From an uncultured Bdellovibrionales bacterium (lineage in GTDB: Bacteria; Patescibacteriota; Minisyncoccia; Moranbacterales; UBA1568): DNA of 64,000 bases. Location: positions 67,627 through 131,626 of the forward strand of contig CAYTED010000004.1 in assembly GCA_964436855.1 (NCBI GenBank), read 5' to 3'. Positions 36,756-45,872 of this stretch are shown here, in pieces. Each line of letters begins with the position of its first letter. Position 1 is the stretch's first letter. The translations under genes were made by a program, and so were the position numbers. The notes under the pieces were generated by a model. That model was not told the DNA's origin and made no database searches. It saw nothing but the letters and a program-made list of their open reading frames with translations.

Positions 36756-38019
36756 TACTCACTCTCCGTATTTCCGCTCCAAGTTTCTGCAATCGTTCTT
36801 CAATACGTTCATACCCGCGATCAACCTGATAAATATCTTCGATCACTGTTTTCCCCTGCGCCGCAAGCGCCGCAATGATAAGCGCCGCGCCAGCCCGAAG
36901 ATCGAAGCTCTTGATCGTTGTTCCGTGAAGAGCCGACGGTCCAAACACCTCCGCCTGATGCGGATTCAGAATTCGGGCTTTCGCACCCATTTTTTCCAAT
37001 TCCTGAATATAATTAAACCGCCCTTCGTAGAAATGATCATGAACAAGCGTCTCTCCATCCGAGACGGCAGCAAGCACCCCGAAAAGCGACTGCGTGTCCG
37101 TCGGAATCCCTGGATATATTTCCGGTTTTACCTTTCCCGGCGATACGAGCGCTCCCTTTGAAAACACTCGAATCCGATTCAAATCAATGACCTCTATTCC
37201 AGCACCGAATTCAGAAAGCTTTTCCAACACCGCTTCAAGATACTCCTCATGCGCACCGTTAACCGTAATATCGCTCCCCGTCGCCGCCCCGAGAACCAGA
37301 AATGTCGCCGCTTCATTCGCATCGGAGAGAATTGTATGCTCCGCACCATAGAGCGTAGCGCTCCCCTCAATTTCGATTGTGTGCGTACCAAGCCCCGATA
37401 CCGTCGCGCCCATTTTTTCAAGAAATCGACCAAGGTCCTGTACATGCGGTTCCGCTGCCGCCATTTTGATCATTGTTTTTCCCGGAAGTATCGCCGCAAG
37501 CATCATCGCATTTTCCGTCGCCGTCACCGAAAATTCTTTCAAAACGACTTTCCCGTTTTGTCGCCGCGACGCATCGATTCGATAGGATTTTTCCCCGACA
37601 GGCCGAATAGAAACACCCATTTTGAGAAACGCGTCAAAATGCGTATCGACCGGCCGCGCTCCGATCGAACATCCTCCCGGATGAAAAAAATTAAATTCCG
37701 GGAATCGCGCCGAAAGCGGTCCCAAAAGAAGAATCGAGGAACGAAGTTGTTTTACGAGATGCGTATCGAGTTTTTTCGGATCGACATCACGGGCCGTTAC
37801 GGTAACGGTTCGATCATCATGCCACTCCACCCGCGCGCCCATACTCTCAAGAATCTCAAGCATACGAAACACATCCTCAATCCGGGGAATATTATGAATC
37901 ACGCAGGGATCCTTCGTAAGAAGCGTTGCCGCAAGAATCGGCGTCGCCGCATTTTTCGATCCGGATACATCGATTGTTCCGGACAGTTTTTTCCCGCCGA
38001 TAATTTCAAAAACTTCCAT
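36751..38019 (-). CDS. murA: UDP-N-acetylglucosamine 1-carboxyvinyltransferase
   Basis: GGKKLSGTIDVSGSKNAATPILAATLLT N-terminus and full-length MurA/EPSP-synthase fold. Confidence 0.85.
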   Translation of the reverse strand: MEVFEIIGGKKLSGTIDVSGSKNAATPILAATLLTKDPCVIHNIPRIEDVFRMLEILESMGARVEWHDDRTVTVTARDVDPKKLDTHLVKQLRSSILLLGPLSARFPEFNFFHPGGCSIGARPVDTHFDAFLKMGVSIRPVGEKSYRIDASRRQNGKVVLKEFSVTATENAMMLAAILPGKTMIKMAAAEPHVQDLGRFLEKMGATVSGLGTHTIEIEGSATLYGAEHTILSDANEAATFLVLGAATGSDITVNGAHEEYLEAVLEKLSEFGAGIEVIDLNRIRVFSKGALVSPGKVKPEIYPGIPTDTQSLFGVLAAVSDGETLVHDHFYEGRFNYIQELEKMGAKARILNPHQAEVFGPSALHGTTIKSFDLRAGAALIIAALAAQGKTVIEDIYQVDRGYERIEERLQKLGAEIRRVSK

Positions 38020-38071
38020 AAAAAATTGAAAATGATTCTTCGCTAGTGTACCCTATTTCCCGCCTTTTTTC

Positions 38072-38100
38072 AATACAAAAACCCTCCCGAAGGAGGGCTT
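38072..38100 (-). terminator. Rho-independent terminator downstream of the SIMPL gene (CCCTCC-ttcg-GGAGGG plus TTTTTGT on the minus strand)
   Basis: Seen in the sequence immediately after the 38114 stop. Confidence 0.6.
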
Positions 38101-38113
38101 GTTTCAGAGGAAA

Positions 38114-38923
38114 TTACCTTACCTCAAAATCAACACTCATATCAATAATGACTTCTCCATCTCCGGATGGCACCTCTGGTGTTACGCGTACTTTTTCATC
38201 CGAAGCGCCTCCCCCAAAACCCATAGTTGTTGCGGGTACTGGCGGATTTCCAGAACCATCCGGGGATGAAATAATTGTTTCATACCAACCAACCACCTTT
38301 CCTAAGCGAACACCGGCGGCTCTTGCTATGTCCTGCGACTTTTTTCGAGCATCTGAAAGCGCTTCTTCGCGCGCGCGTTCTTTCAATTTTTCCGCATTGG
38401 CTACCGTAAAGCTCACACCACGAATATCATTTGCGCCTGCGTGACTCGCTTCCTCAAGAACCTTAGACACAAGCATTTCATTGTCCTTATCGATATTTTC
38501 GATTTTTATAACTATCTGTTGGGATGCGCCGTAACCAGACACCGATGAGGTGCCCGTATTGGAATACGCATACTGCGGAAACAATACATATTGTTCTGTT
38601 TGAATTTTATCTTGAGGAATATCAAGTCCTTTGATTGCCGTAACAATTTTTGAAGCCTTTTCGTTCAATTGCTGAAGTGCCGCCTCCGCTGTAGGCACCG
38701 AATCTATTCGAACACCAAGAGTAATTGTCGCAAGATCAGGATGATACTTTACTGTTCCACGACCAATAACCGATACTCGATTTGTATTCGAAGCCTTTTC
38801 ATAAATCGTATCGCTCAACACCGCCGCGAGCAGCACCACCGCAAGCGAGACGATACCGACAATTTTTACCGTCGCATTCTGCTTCCGCGAGGATTCCTCT
38901 CGCATCATTCCCTCTCCTTCCAT
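38114..38923 (-). CDS. SIMPL/DUF541 domain protein (BP26/YggE-like periplasmic protein)
   Basis: N-terminal TM anchor, VSVIGRGTVKYHPDLATITLGV and C-terminal SIMPL-like segments. Confidence 0.55.
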   Translation of the reverse strand: MEGEGMMREESSRKQNATVKIVGIVSLAVVLLAAVLSDTIYEKASNTNRVSVIGRGTVKYHPDLATITLGVRIDSVPTAEAALQQLNEKASKIVTAIKGLDIPQDKIQTEQYVLFPQYAYSNTGTSSVSGYGASQQIVIKIENIDKDNEMLVSKVLEEASHAGANDIRGVSFTVANAEKLKERAREEALSDARKKSQDIARAAGVRLGKVVGWYETIISSPDGSGNPPVPATTMGFGGGASDEKVRVTPEVPSGDGEVIIDMSVDFEVR

Positions 38924-39104
38924 AAAAAAGAGTTAGTGTTTAGACAAATATATTGTACTCTCGGCGAACAAAAACGCAAAAAGCCTCTTCATTATGGGAG
39001 GCTTTGCTGTTTGTCCCGCAGAAATTTTGTGTGCGGAAGAAAACGAAGGAAACTTCGCTTTGGAAGGTGTTTTTGTGTTTGTATTTATTTTATAAGGAAC
39101 ATCC

Positions 39105-39149
39105 CCGGATGACATTCGGATTTTTTTGTTTTTGCCGAATGTCATCCGG
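39105..39149. repeat. Perfect 15-bp inverted repeat ccggatgacattcgg / ccgaatgtcatccgg with a 15-nt T-rich spacer
   Basis: Seen directly. Lies in the 3' region of the CAP-domain gene and upstream of the SIMPL gene. Confidence 0.7.
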
Positions 39150-39337
39150 AAATTCCTTCTCATCAATCACTCAAACGATTGGAATCCAAGTTGGGAAGTT
39201 TTTTCGCTATCTCCCGATTCGGATTCCACTTTACTCGCTTTTTTCCTTGTTTTTTTTATTTTGAATCACCCTCGCAGCACAGTCGAACAAATGTGAGACG
39301 AGCAGGGTACGTGATGAAAAATCAAAAAACAAAGAAA

Positions 39338-40060
39338 TTACCACTTCTTCGACCACCGAGACCGGAACGCGATCAGGATCACCAGTATTACCCCCATCGC
39401 CTGCGCCGCGCCAAAAAAGAGCAGTGCGAAAAACGTTCCGGATTCGATATGAAAGCGTTCCGTTACCGACCGAAGCAATCCGCCGACAAGACCATCGGAA
39501 GACTCACTTCCCCCGCCGGCGGTAAAGCTCGACAACACCTTTGGACAAAGTGATTCGGTATCGGTCGAAATCGAAAGTTTTCCTTCATCTCCTATTTTCG
39601 TCCCGAACATTTGTACCGCGATAATTGTCGGTTTTCCATTCCACTCCGATTCACGAACCGCAACTCCGATCTCCGCGTATTTCGACGAAAGAATATTTTC
39701 ACAATGTTTTTTACTTTCCATCCACGCGATATGTTGCGTGTCCGCATTCTTGAAATGAATGGCAAGATTTTCTCCCGCATACCGGTAGTCATACCGCTCC
39801 TCATGAAACCAGTGCCATGGTGTCACACCGGAAGGAGACGTGTGTGAAAAATACTGCTCCCGAACCATATCATCGGCCTTTCCTCCCGCTACGCGATCAA
39901 GCGTCTCGCTTCGCGCAAGTGTTGGGAGTCCGGCTCTTGTTCGCTCGCGATTCACAAGGTCAACCACATCGCCCGATGAAATCGCGGCAAAAACCGGCGT
40001 CGCGGTCGCAGCCGTAAGCAAGAGAGCAAACATCCAGATTTTCGAGTGATGACGATGCAT
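39338..40060 (-). CDS. CAP/SCP/PR-1-like (YkwD-type) secreted protein with C-terminal membrane anchor
   Basis: Signal-peptide-like MHRHHSKIWMFALLLTAATATPVFAA. CAP core LVNRERTRAGLPTLARSETLDRVAGGKADDMVREQYFSHTSPSG. C-terminal TM helix. ORF track to 40186. Confidence 0.6.
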   Translation of the reverse strand: MHRHHSKIWMFALLLTAATATPVFAAISSGDVVDLVNRERTRAGLPTLARSETLDRVAGGKADDMVREQYFSHTSPSGVTPWHWFHEERYDYRYAGENLAIHFKNADTQHIAWMESKKHCENILSSKYAEIGVAVRESEWNGKPTIIAVQMFGTKIGDEGKLSISTDTESLCPKVLSSFTAGGGSESSDGLVGGLLRSVTERFHIESGTFFALLFFGAAQAMGVILVILIAFRSRWSKKW

Positions 40061-40305
40061 AGAATGAGAGATAAGAGGTGAGAGTGTAGAGACGAGGGGT
40101 TTTGTGGCTTGAAAAAAAGAAAACGGGAGTCTTGCGACACCCGCTTTTTTCCTCATTTCAATACCATTGTAGCACAAGAAACACATCTTGTAAAGTAAAA
40201 TTAACGTTTCCGCAGATAATCATACGCGGAGAGAGCAATAACGACACAAAATAAGAAGTCCCCCGCGAAAACCGCAGGGGACAAAAGACGCTTAGGCAGG
40301 TAAAC

Positions 40306-41432
40306 TCACGCTCCTTTGCAGGACATCCCTACGGGAACTGAATTCACCCCATTACCATCATCGTCCATACTGCCTCCTTCAAAAGGAGACATGTCCGGAA
40401 CCTCACTCGCCGGCTGGCCGTTCCACTTGACGATCCTCCTTGTGCGACGACCGCTGTTGAGATGCTGGATCAGCCGGCCGTACAAGAGCGGGTTGATTTT
40501 GCTACCGCTGTTACTGATGAGCGCGATGATGCCCGGATCATTGATCGGGAAAGTGCGAAGCTTCTCGACATCATGGCGTGCCACCTCAAGTCGTTCCCCC
40601 TCCCAGAACGTCTGGTGGTCAGCGAAGATCTTCGCTAGCGCGAACATGAAGCTGCCCTTGATGTGCGGGCTCAAGTCACGATAGGCGATGCTCCGGACAC
40701 CGAATGCCTGGTCGAGCACACCGTAGAACGCGCGGACGTTCGCGCGCCAGATATTGGAGCCGACGACGTTGAAGGTCTTGTCCATGGACTTGACCAACTC
40801 CTCCATCTTATTCGAGAGACCCGGACCGAAGTGGCTGTGCAGCACCCCGATGACCTTCATCGTCAGGAATGCCGCGAGTAGCTCGCCGCGAGCCATGCGC
40901 TGGTTCCAGCAAATCTTGCCGCGCAGGACGAACTCGCGGTCGTTCTGAGACATGGAAGTAAGCGCCTTGACGACATGAGAATCCACCTCGTTGCACAGAA
41001 GCACGTTCGGGAAGACCCGGGCGCGATCCATGTTGAGGACCTTGAAACGTTCCCGTTCCCAGTCATCAGTAGTACCGAAATGCAGAAGCGCGCCAAGATG
41101 GACCTTGCGACCGGAGTCCTCGGCAAGATACTTCCTCGCCGCCAAAAGACGTGCAGCCCGTCGATGACGTAGCAGTCATGATGGATATAGAACGCACCTT
41201 CACGGTCCCGGAAATCGCCACCCCGGATACCGATCTCGATATCCGGAAAACGAGCGCCATCCTTGAGCGCTTCCACCATCCTATTGATGGTCGACGTACG
41301 CGCTTCCTCCCGCTGGTAGTCGCCGACCTTGACGTCATTGAAACACCCTTGCTCGATGACACCACGCAGAACGATGTTGCCGTTGAGCTCGTCGAGAGCC
41401 CCGTTTATTACCTTGAGCTGGTAGCTGCTCAT
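40306..41432 (-). pseudogene. ParB-like nuclease domain gene (DGQHR/DndB-like) disrupted by a frameshift at a TTTT run near 41140; lies on a 1.2-kb high-GC foreign segment
   Basis: Two overlapping ORFs (40863..41507 and 40306..41145) join into one about 375-aa protein if one T is added: ...CYVIDGLHVF|LAARKYLAEDSGRKV... (ParB motif VIDGxHRxxAAR-like). GC is clearly higher than the flanks. Good SD (GGGAGAAAG) before the ATG at 41432. Confidence 0.6.
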
Positions 41433-41511
41433 TATGCTTTCTCCCAAAAAGGCCACCGTACGGCTTGAGCCGATCACAGGCCAGTAAAGGTACAAACATG
41501 CTTTCACATGT

Positions 41512-41530
41512 CTCTCGGACCCTCCGAGAG
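41512..41530. promoter_or_regulatory. Inverted repeat CTCTCGGA-ccc-TCCGAGAG just upstream of the ParB-like gene
   Basis: Seen directly. Adjacent to the TTGACA-like hexamer (complement at 41560-41565). Confidence 0.35.
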
Positions 41531-41615
41531 ATAAAAAGATAGCATATATATATTGTCAATGGTCAAAGAAGCTTAAAATAAGCCTCGTTTTTGTTCTTCT
41601 TTGCTTCTCAAACCC

Positions 41616-42536
41616 CTATTTCCCCTTGCGGATGTAGTCATACGCCGAGAGGGCGGCGGTAACGCCGTCGCCCGCGGAGATATTATTCTGTTTGTACGGC
41701 GCATCCGTCACATCCCCCGTCGCGAAAATTCCGGGTTTCGATGTCGCCTTCGTCCGGTGATCGATTTTTATTTGTCCGCGTTCATCAAGATCGAGAAATC
41801 CTTTCACAAAATCCGAATTCGGAACCATACCGATCTCCACAAACACGCCGTCGCAGTCGATCGTCTTCTCCTCTCCGGTATTTGCATCCTTATAACGAAG
41901 TCCTGTTACTTTGTCTTCACCGAGCACTTCCTGCGTGAGTCCGAAGAAAACGACACTTACTTTTTTATCGGCAAGTATTTTTTCGCGCGTGATCTGATCC
42001 CCCTTTAATTCGCCGGAACGAACGAGGAGTACGATCTCGCTCGCATACGGCAAAAGATCCTCCACCGCCTCGAGCCCGGAATTTCCACCGCCGACGACGA
42101 CAACTTTTTTCCCGCGAAAAAATGGCGCGTCGCAGGTCGAGCAATAAACAACTCCCTTTCCCTTAAATTTCTCTTCCCCCGGCACATCAAGATGACGGTG
42201 TCGTCCGCCGGATGCAATAATAACCGTTTTTGTCTCATACGAAGATCCGTTCGAACTTCTCACCAGATACTGCCCGTCCTTCTCTTCAATACCTGCCGCA
42301 AGTTCGCCTGTTTTGATTTCGATATTTTCTTGTGCGCGGAGATGCTTTTCAAGCGACTGCGCAAATTCCCAACCGGGAATCGTAATCGTTCCGATCCAAT
42401 TCTCTATCGAAGCGGACACGGTCGACTGTCCGCCGAAACTTTCCGTCAGAAGAAGCGTCTTCAATTGCTTTCGGCTCGCATACACTCCCGCCGCGACTCC
42501 TCCCGGCCCCGCCCCGATAATTACTACATCGTACAT
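41616..42536 (-). CDS. trxB: Thioredoxin-disulfide reductase
   Basis: FAD site VIIGAGPGG, redox-active CSTCD (variant of CATCD), and NADPH site VVVVGGGNSGLE. Confidence 0.8.
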   Translation of the reverse strand: MYDVVIIGAGPGGVAAGVYASRKQLKTLLLTESFGGQSTVSASIENWIGTITIPGWEFAQSLEKHLRAQENIEIKTGELAAGIEEKDGQYLVRSSNGSSYETKTVIIASGGRHRHLDVPGEEKFKGKGVVYCSTCDAPFFRGKKVVVVGGGNSGLEAVEDLLPYASEIVLLVRSGELKGDQITREKILADKKVSVVFFGLTQEVLGEDKVTGLRYKDANTGEEKTIDCDGVFVEIGMVPNSDFVKGFLDLDERGQIKIDHRTKATSKPGIFATGDVTDAPYKQNNISAGDGVTAALSAYDYIRKGK

Positions 42537-42537
42537 A

Positions 42538-42585
42538 TTTGTATCAAAATTAAAAAATCAAAATAAAAATTGAAATTAATTCCTG
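42538..42585. repeat. Partial copy of the MITE-like family B element (atcaaaattaaaaaatcaaaat...)
   Basis: Similar to the left arms of the elements at 43815-43925 and 48513-48640. Confidence 0.4.
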
Positions 42586-43817
42586 CCTCTATCCTGCATC
42601 GCTTGCGCGACCCGCTTCACCGCAAGCGCATACGCCCCCAATCGTACACTCGTATTATACCGCTCTTTTTCTTCCCAGACATGAGCAAAGGCGCGTTCCA
42701 TTTTCTCCTTAAGTTTCGCGCGCACCTCTTCTTCGGTCCACACGTAATTCATCGCATTCTGCACCTGCTCGAAATACGAGACCGTTACGCCGCCCGCATT
42801 TGCGAGAATATCCGGAACAACCGTCACGCCTTTCTCGAAAAGAATCACATCCGCCTCGGGTGTTACCGGGCCATTTGCGATTTCGACGATCAGTTTCGCC
42901 TGTACGTCCTTTGCGTTTTCCTCGTGAATCGCGTTCTCGAGCGCCGCCGGCACGAGAATATCCGCGGGCACCGTCAGCACAGCCGAGCTTGGAAGTTTCT
43001 CGCAATCCGTACACGTTTCGAGACTTCCGGTAATACGCTTGTGCTCATCGATCGATTTCACATCGAGCCCTCCGCTCCGATAGACAGTCGACTTCGAATC
43101 CGCAATGGCGACCACCCGATACCCCGATCGTTCAAGAATTCGCGCCAAGTGACACCCACCGTTCCCGAATCCCTGAATCGCAACCGTCGCGTTTTTCGAG
43201 AGGTGTAGTGTTTCGACCGCTTTCTCGAGTACGAAGAACGCCCCCTGCGCCGTCGCTGAATCGCGTCCGAGCGACCCGCCGATCGAAAGCGGTTTCCCCG
43301 TGATCACCCCCGGCGCGTATTCGCCGTGCATCACTTCATATTCATCAAGCATCCATCCCATAATGCGCGGGTCAGTCGATACATCCGGCGCCGGAATATC
43401 AAGATCTTTTCCAATAATCGGAAAAATAGCCCGCATATAGCCGCGCGAGAGTGATTCCAATTCGCGATCAGAAAGTGTTTTCGGATCGACGATCACGCCA
43501 CCTTTCCCTCCGCCGAGCGGAATATCCACGACCGCCGTTTTCCACGTCATCCATGCCGAAAGCGCCTTCACCTCATCAAGCGTTACTCCCGGATGAAACC
43601 GAATACCGCCCTTGAATGGCCCGCGTGCACGGTTGTACTGCGACCGATACCCGGTAAATATTCTTGTCGTCCCGTCATCCATCTTGACCGGCACCGACAC
43701 CTCGAGCACCCGCTCCGGAGAAAGGAGTCGCTCAAAAATATTCAAATCGATTTTCGCGATATCCTGTACCGCCCGCAACTGCTTCCGCGCGTTTTCAAAA
43801 GGATTGTTCATAGTCAT
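42576..43817 (-). CDS. gdhA: Glutamate dehydrogenase (Glu/Leu/Phe/Val dehydrogenase family)
   Basis: KGGIRFHPGVTLDEVKALSAWMTWKTAVVDIPLGGGKGG and GFGNGG NAD(P) motifs. Confidence 0.85.
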   Translation of the reverse strand: MTMNNPFENARKQLRAVQDIAKIDLNIFERLLSPERVLEVSVPVKMDDGTTRIFTGYRSQYNRARGPFKGGIRFHPGVTLDEVKALSAWMTWKTAVVDIPLGGGKGGVIVDPKTLSDRELESLSRGYMRAIFPIIGKDLDIPAPDVSTDPRIMGWMLDEYEVMHGEYAPGVITGKPLSIGGSLGRDSATAQGAFFVLEKAVETLHLSKNATVAIQGFGNGGCHLARILERSGYRVVAIADSKSTVYRSGGLDVKSIDEHKRITGSLETCTDCEKLPSSAVLTVPADILVPAALENAIHEENAKDVQAKLIVEIANGPVTPEADVILFEKGVTVVPDILANAGGVTVSYFEQVQNAMNYVWTEEEVRAKLKEKMERAFAHVWEEKERYNTSVRLGAYALAVKRVAQAMQDRGRN

Positions 43818-43925
43818 ATCAAAATTTAAAAATCAAAATGGAAAATGACAGATCAAAATTCAAAATGTTGGATGTATGAAAAAATTTTGTATTTTACATT
43901 GTCATTTTGATTTTTGATATTTGCA
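43815..43925. repeat. MITE-like inverted-repeat element, family B, copy 2
   Basis: aaaaatcaaaatggaaaatgacag ... ctgtcattttgatttttgat read in the sequence. Homologous to 48513-48640. Confidence 0.6.
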
Positions 43926-43944
43926 TTGTTCACTTCAAAAAAGT

Positions 43945-44199
43945 TTATTTCATCTTAAATAAACTTTTGAGGTACGCCTCATCCACTTTCTTTTTCCCGT
44001 CCCACTTGCACGCGAAGTCGTTCTTCAAAAGTTCAACTCCAAGCATCGCGACTGCTTCACGCACGGCGGAAATTTGCGTGATGATATCGAGACATTCCCC
44101 GCTTCCCTCCACCATTCGTCGAATGCCGCGCAGCTGCCCCTCGACCCGACTGATGCGAGAGAGTATTTTTTTCTTTGCCTGATCTTCCGTATGTGTCAT
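43945..44199 (-). CDS. CsoR/RcnR/FrmR-family metal-sensing transcriptional repressor
   Basis: RISRVEGQLRGIRRMVEGSGECLDIITQISAVREA matches the CsoR family core. Confidence 0.7.
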   Translation of the reverse strand: MTHTEDQAKKKILSRISRVEGQLRGIRRMVEGSGECLDIITQISAVREAVAMLGVELLKNDFACKWDGKKKVDEAYLKSLFKMK

Positions 44200-44272
44200 A
44201 CCCTGTTCAATAAAAATATACCCGTGGAGGGTATATTATATTTTTTCAAAAAAACCGTCAAGTGACTATTAA

Positions 44273-45706
44273 CTATTCGGGAAGCTTTTTCACATATTCC
44301 CGAAACTGATCCCCCCGATCGAATTCGTTTCGAAAGAGACCGAAACTCGCCGCGCCGGGAGAAAGGAGCACGAGATCGCCCGGCGCCGTTTTTTGAAGAG
44401 CTTTCTCAATCGCTTCCGGCATCGAAGAAACGGTGTCGATATGCCGGTCCGGCGCCCTCTCCTTGAGAGTCGAAAGAAGTTTTTCTGTGCCCTCTCCTGA
44501 AAACAGGATAACGTCTTTCGTTTTGGAAAGTATCGTATCGGCAAGTGACGAAAAGTCAAGATTCTTGTCACTCCCGCCGGCGATGAGAACAACCGGGTCT
44601 TTTAACGCGCTGATTGAAGCGATCGCCGCCTCGGGAATCGTCGCGGCGGAATCATTGTACCATCGAACTCCTCGCTTCTTTCCGACAAATTCGAGCCGAT
44701 GTGAAACACCCCGAAATGTTTTTAAGCCGAATGCGATCTGCTCGCGCGAAAGACCGAATGCGTGCGCGGCGGCGGCGGCGGCAAGTGCGTTCATTTCATT
44801 ATGCGTCCCCGGCACCGGCAACTCCGAACAATCAAACCATTCCGTTTCCAATCCCGTATCATCGCGAAGAATCGCCTTTCCTGATCGAAGAAAAAATCCT
44901 TGTTCAAGCGGTGAGGCCGAAAAAAGAATTTTCTTCCCCAAGGCGCGCTTCGTCATATCGGATGTCCATTCATTGTCCGCATTTGCGACAAGCACTCCCG
45001 TATCCGTTTGAAAACGAAAAATGTTTTCCTTGTCCGCGGCATACACTTCCATCGACGGATAATAGTTCAAATGATCGGGATAGATATTGGTGAGCACGGC
45101 GATATCCGGACTTTTTTTCGCATACGAAAGTCCCGAGAGTCGCCAACTCGAGAGTTCGAATACCACAACATCGTCTTTTTGTAATCGAAGGAGTGTATCG
45201 AGCACGGAAATATCGCCGATCCCCGCGCGAACCGTCGACACGCCGGACGCCTCAAGAATATGCGCGAGCATCGAAGCGGTCGTCGTCTTCCCCTTCGTCC
45301 CCGTCACACCGAGAATTTTATTTTCACAAAACCGAAAAAAAAGACTCGAGTCCGTTTCAACCGGAATCCCCTTTTCGATTGCCGCTTGCGCGAATTCATT
45401 CGTCCACGGAATCGCCGGATTTTTCACGACGATATCGGTTTCGGTAAAATCCCGTACCCGATGTTCGCCAAGAACGTATTGAATATTCGGAAGAGTCGAA
45501 AGTTCGCGCATCGAAACCGAAAGTTCCGATTCACTCTTCTTATCGGTCACGACAATTTCGGACACTCCGAGACTCGAGAGATATTTCACCGTCCCTACGC
45601 CGCCGGAATTCACCCCCAGTCCGAACACCGTCACCTTTTTTCCGGCAAGCCATTCTTTCGTAATCATATGTTCGGTTCCGTTAATCGCTACGTTCTTTTC
45701 TTTCAT
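44273..45706 (-). CDS. murD: UDP-N-acetylmuramoylalanine--D-glutamate ligase
   Basis: GVTGTKGKTTT P-loop and Mur ligase central and C-terminal domains. ORF track to 45808, start uncertain (45706 or 45667). Confidence 0.8.
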   Translation of the reverse strand: MKEKNVAINGTEHMITKEWLAGKKVTVFGLGVNSGGVGTVKYLSSLGVSEIVVTDKKSESELSVSMRELSTLPNIQYVLGEHRVRDFTETDIVVKNPAIPWTNEFAQAAIEKGIPVETDSSLFFRFCENKILGVTGTKGKTTTASMLAHILEASGVSTVRAGIGDISVLDTLLRLQKDDVVVFELSSWRLSGLSYAKKSPDIAVLTNIYPDHLNYYPSMEVYAADKENIFRFQTDTGVLVANADNEWTSDMTKRALGKKILFSASPLEQGFFLRSGKAILRDDTGLETEWFDCSELPVPGTHNEMNALAAAAAAHAFGLSREQIAFGLKTFRGVSHRLEFVGKKRGVRWYNDSAATIPEAAIASISALKDPVVLIAGGSDKNLDFSSLADTILSKTKDVILFSGEGTEKLLSTLKERAPDRHIDTVSSMPEAIEKALQKTAPGDLVLLSPGAASFGLFRNEFDRGDQFREYVKKLPE

Positions 45707-45872
45707 TGTTTTTCTTTCTGCGTTCTTTTCACCGCAAAAGAAAGTATGCGAAGAAGACGCTCCTCCGTGCTTCGCCTTCAAAATATCTTCCAAGAGAAGC
45801 TTCCGCATGACTACAGCGTTGTAAGCGGGTTTCTCTCTTCTTTATACGCACAAAGAAAGAAGAAATTCCATT

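Noticed and set aside
40863-41507. Treating 40863..41507 and 40306..41145 as two independent overlapping genes
   Set aside because: The downstream part of the first ORF is Arg/Ser-rich frame noise, and a single-base change at a T-run joins both into one ParB-like protein. Annotated as a frameshifted gene.
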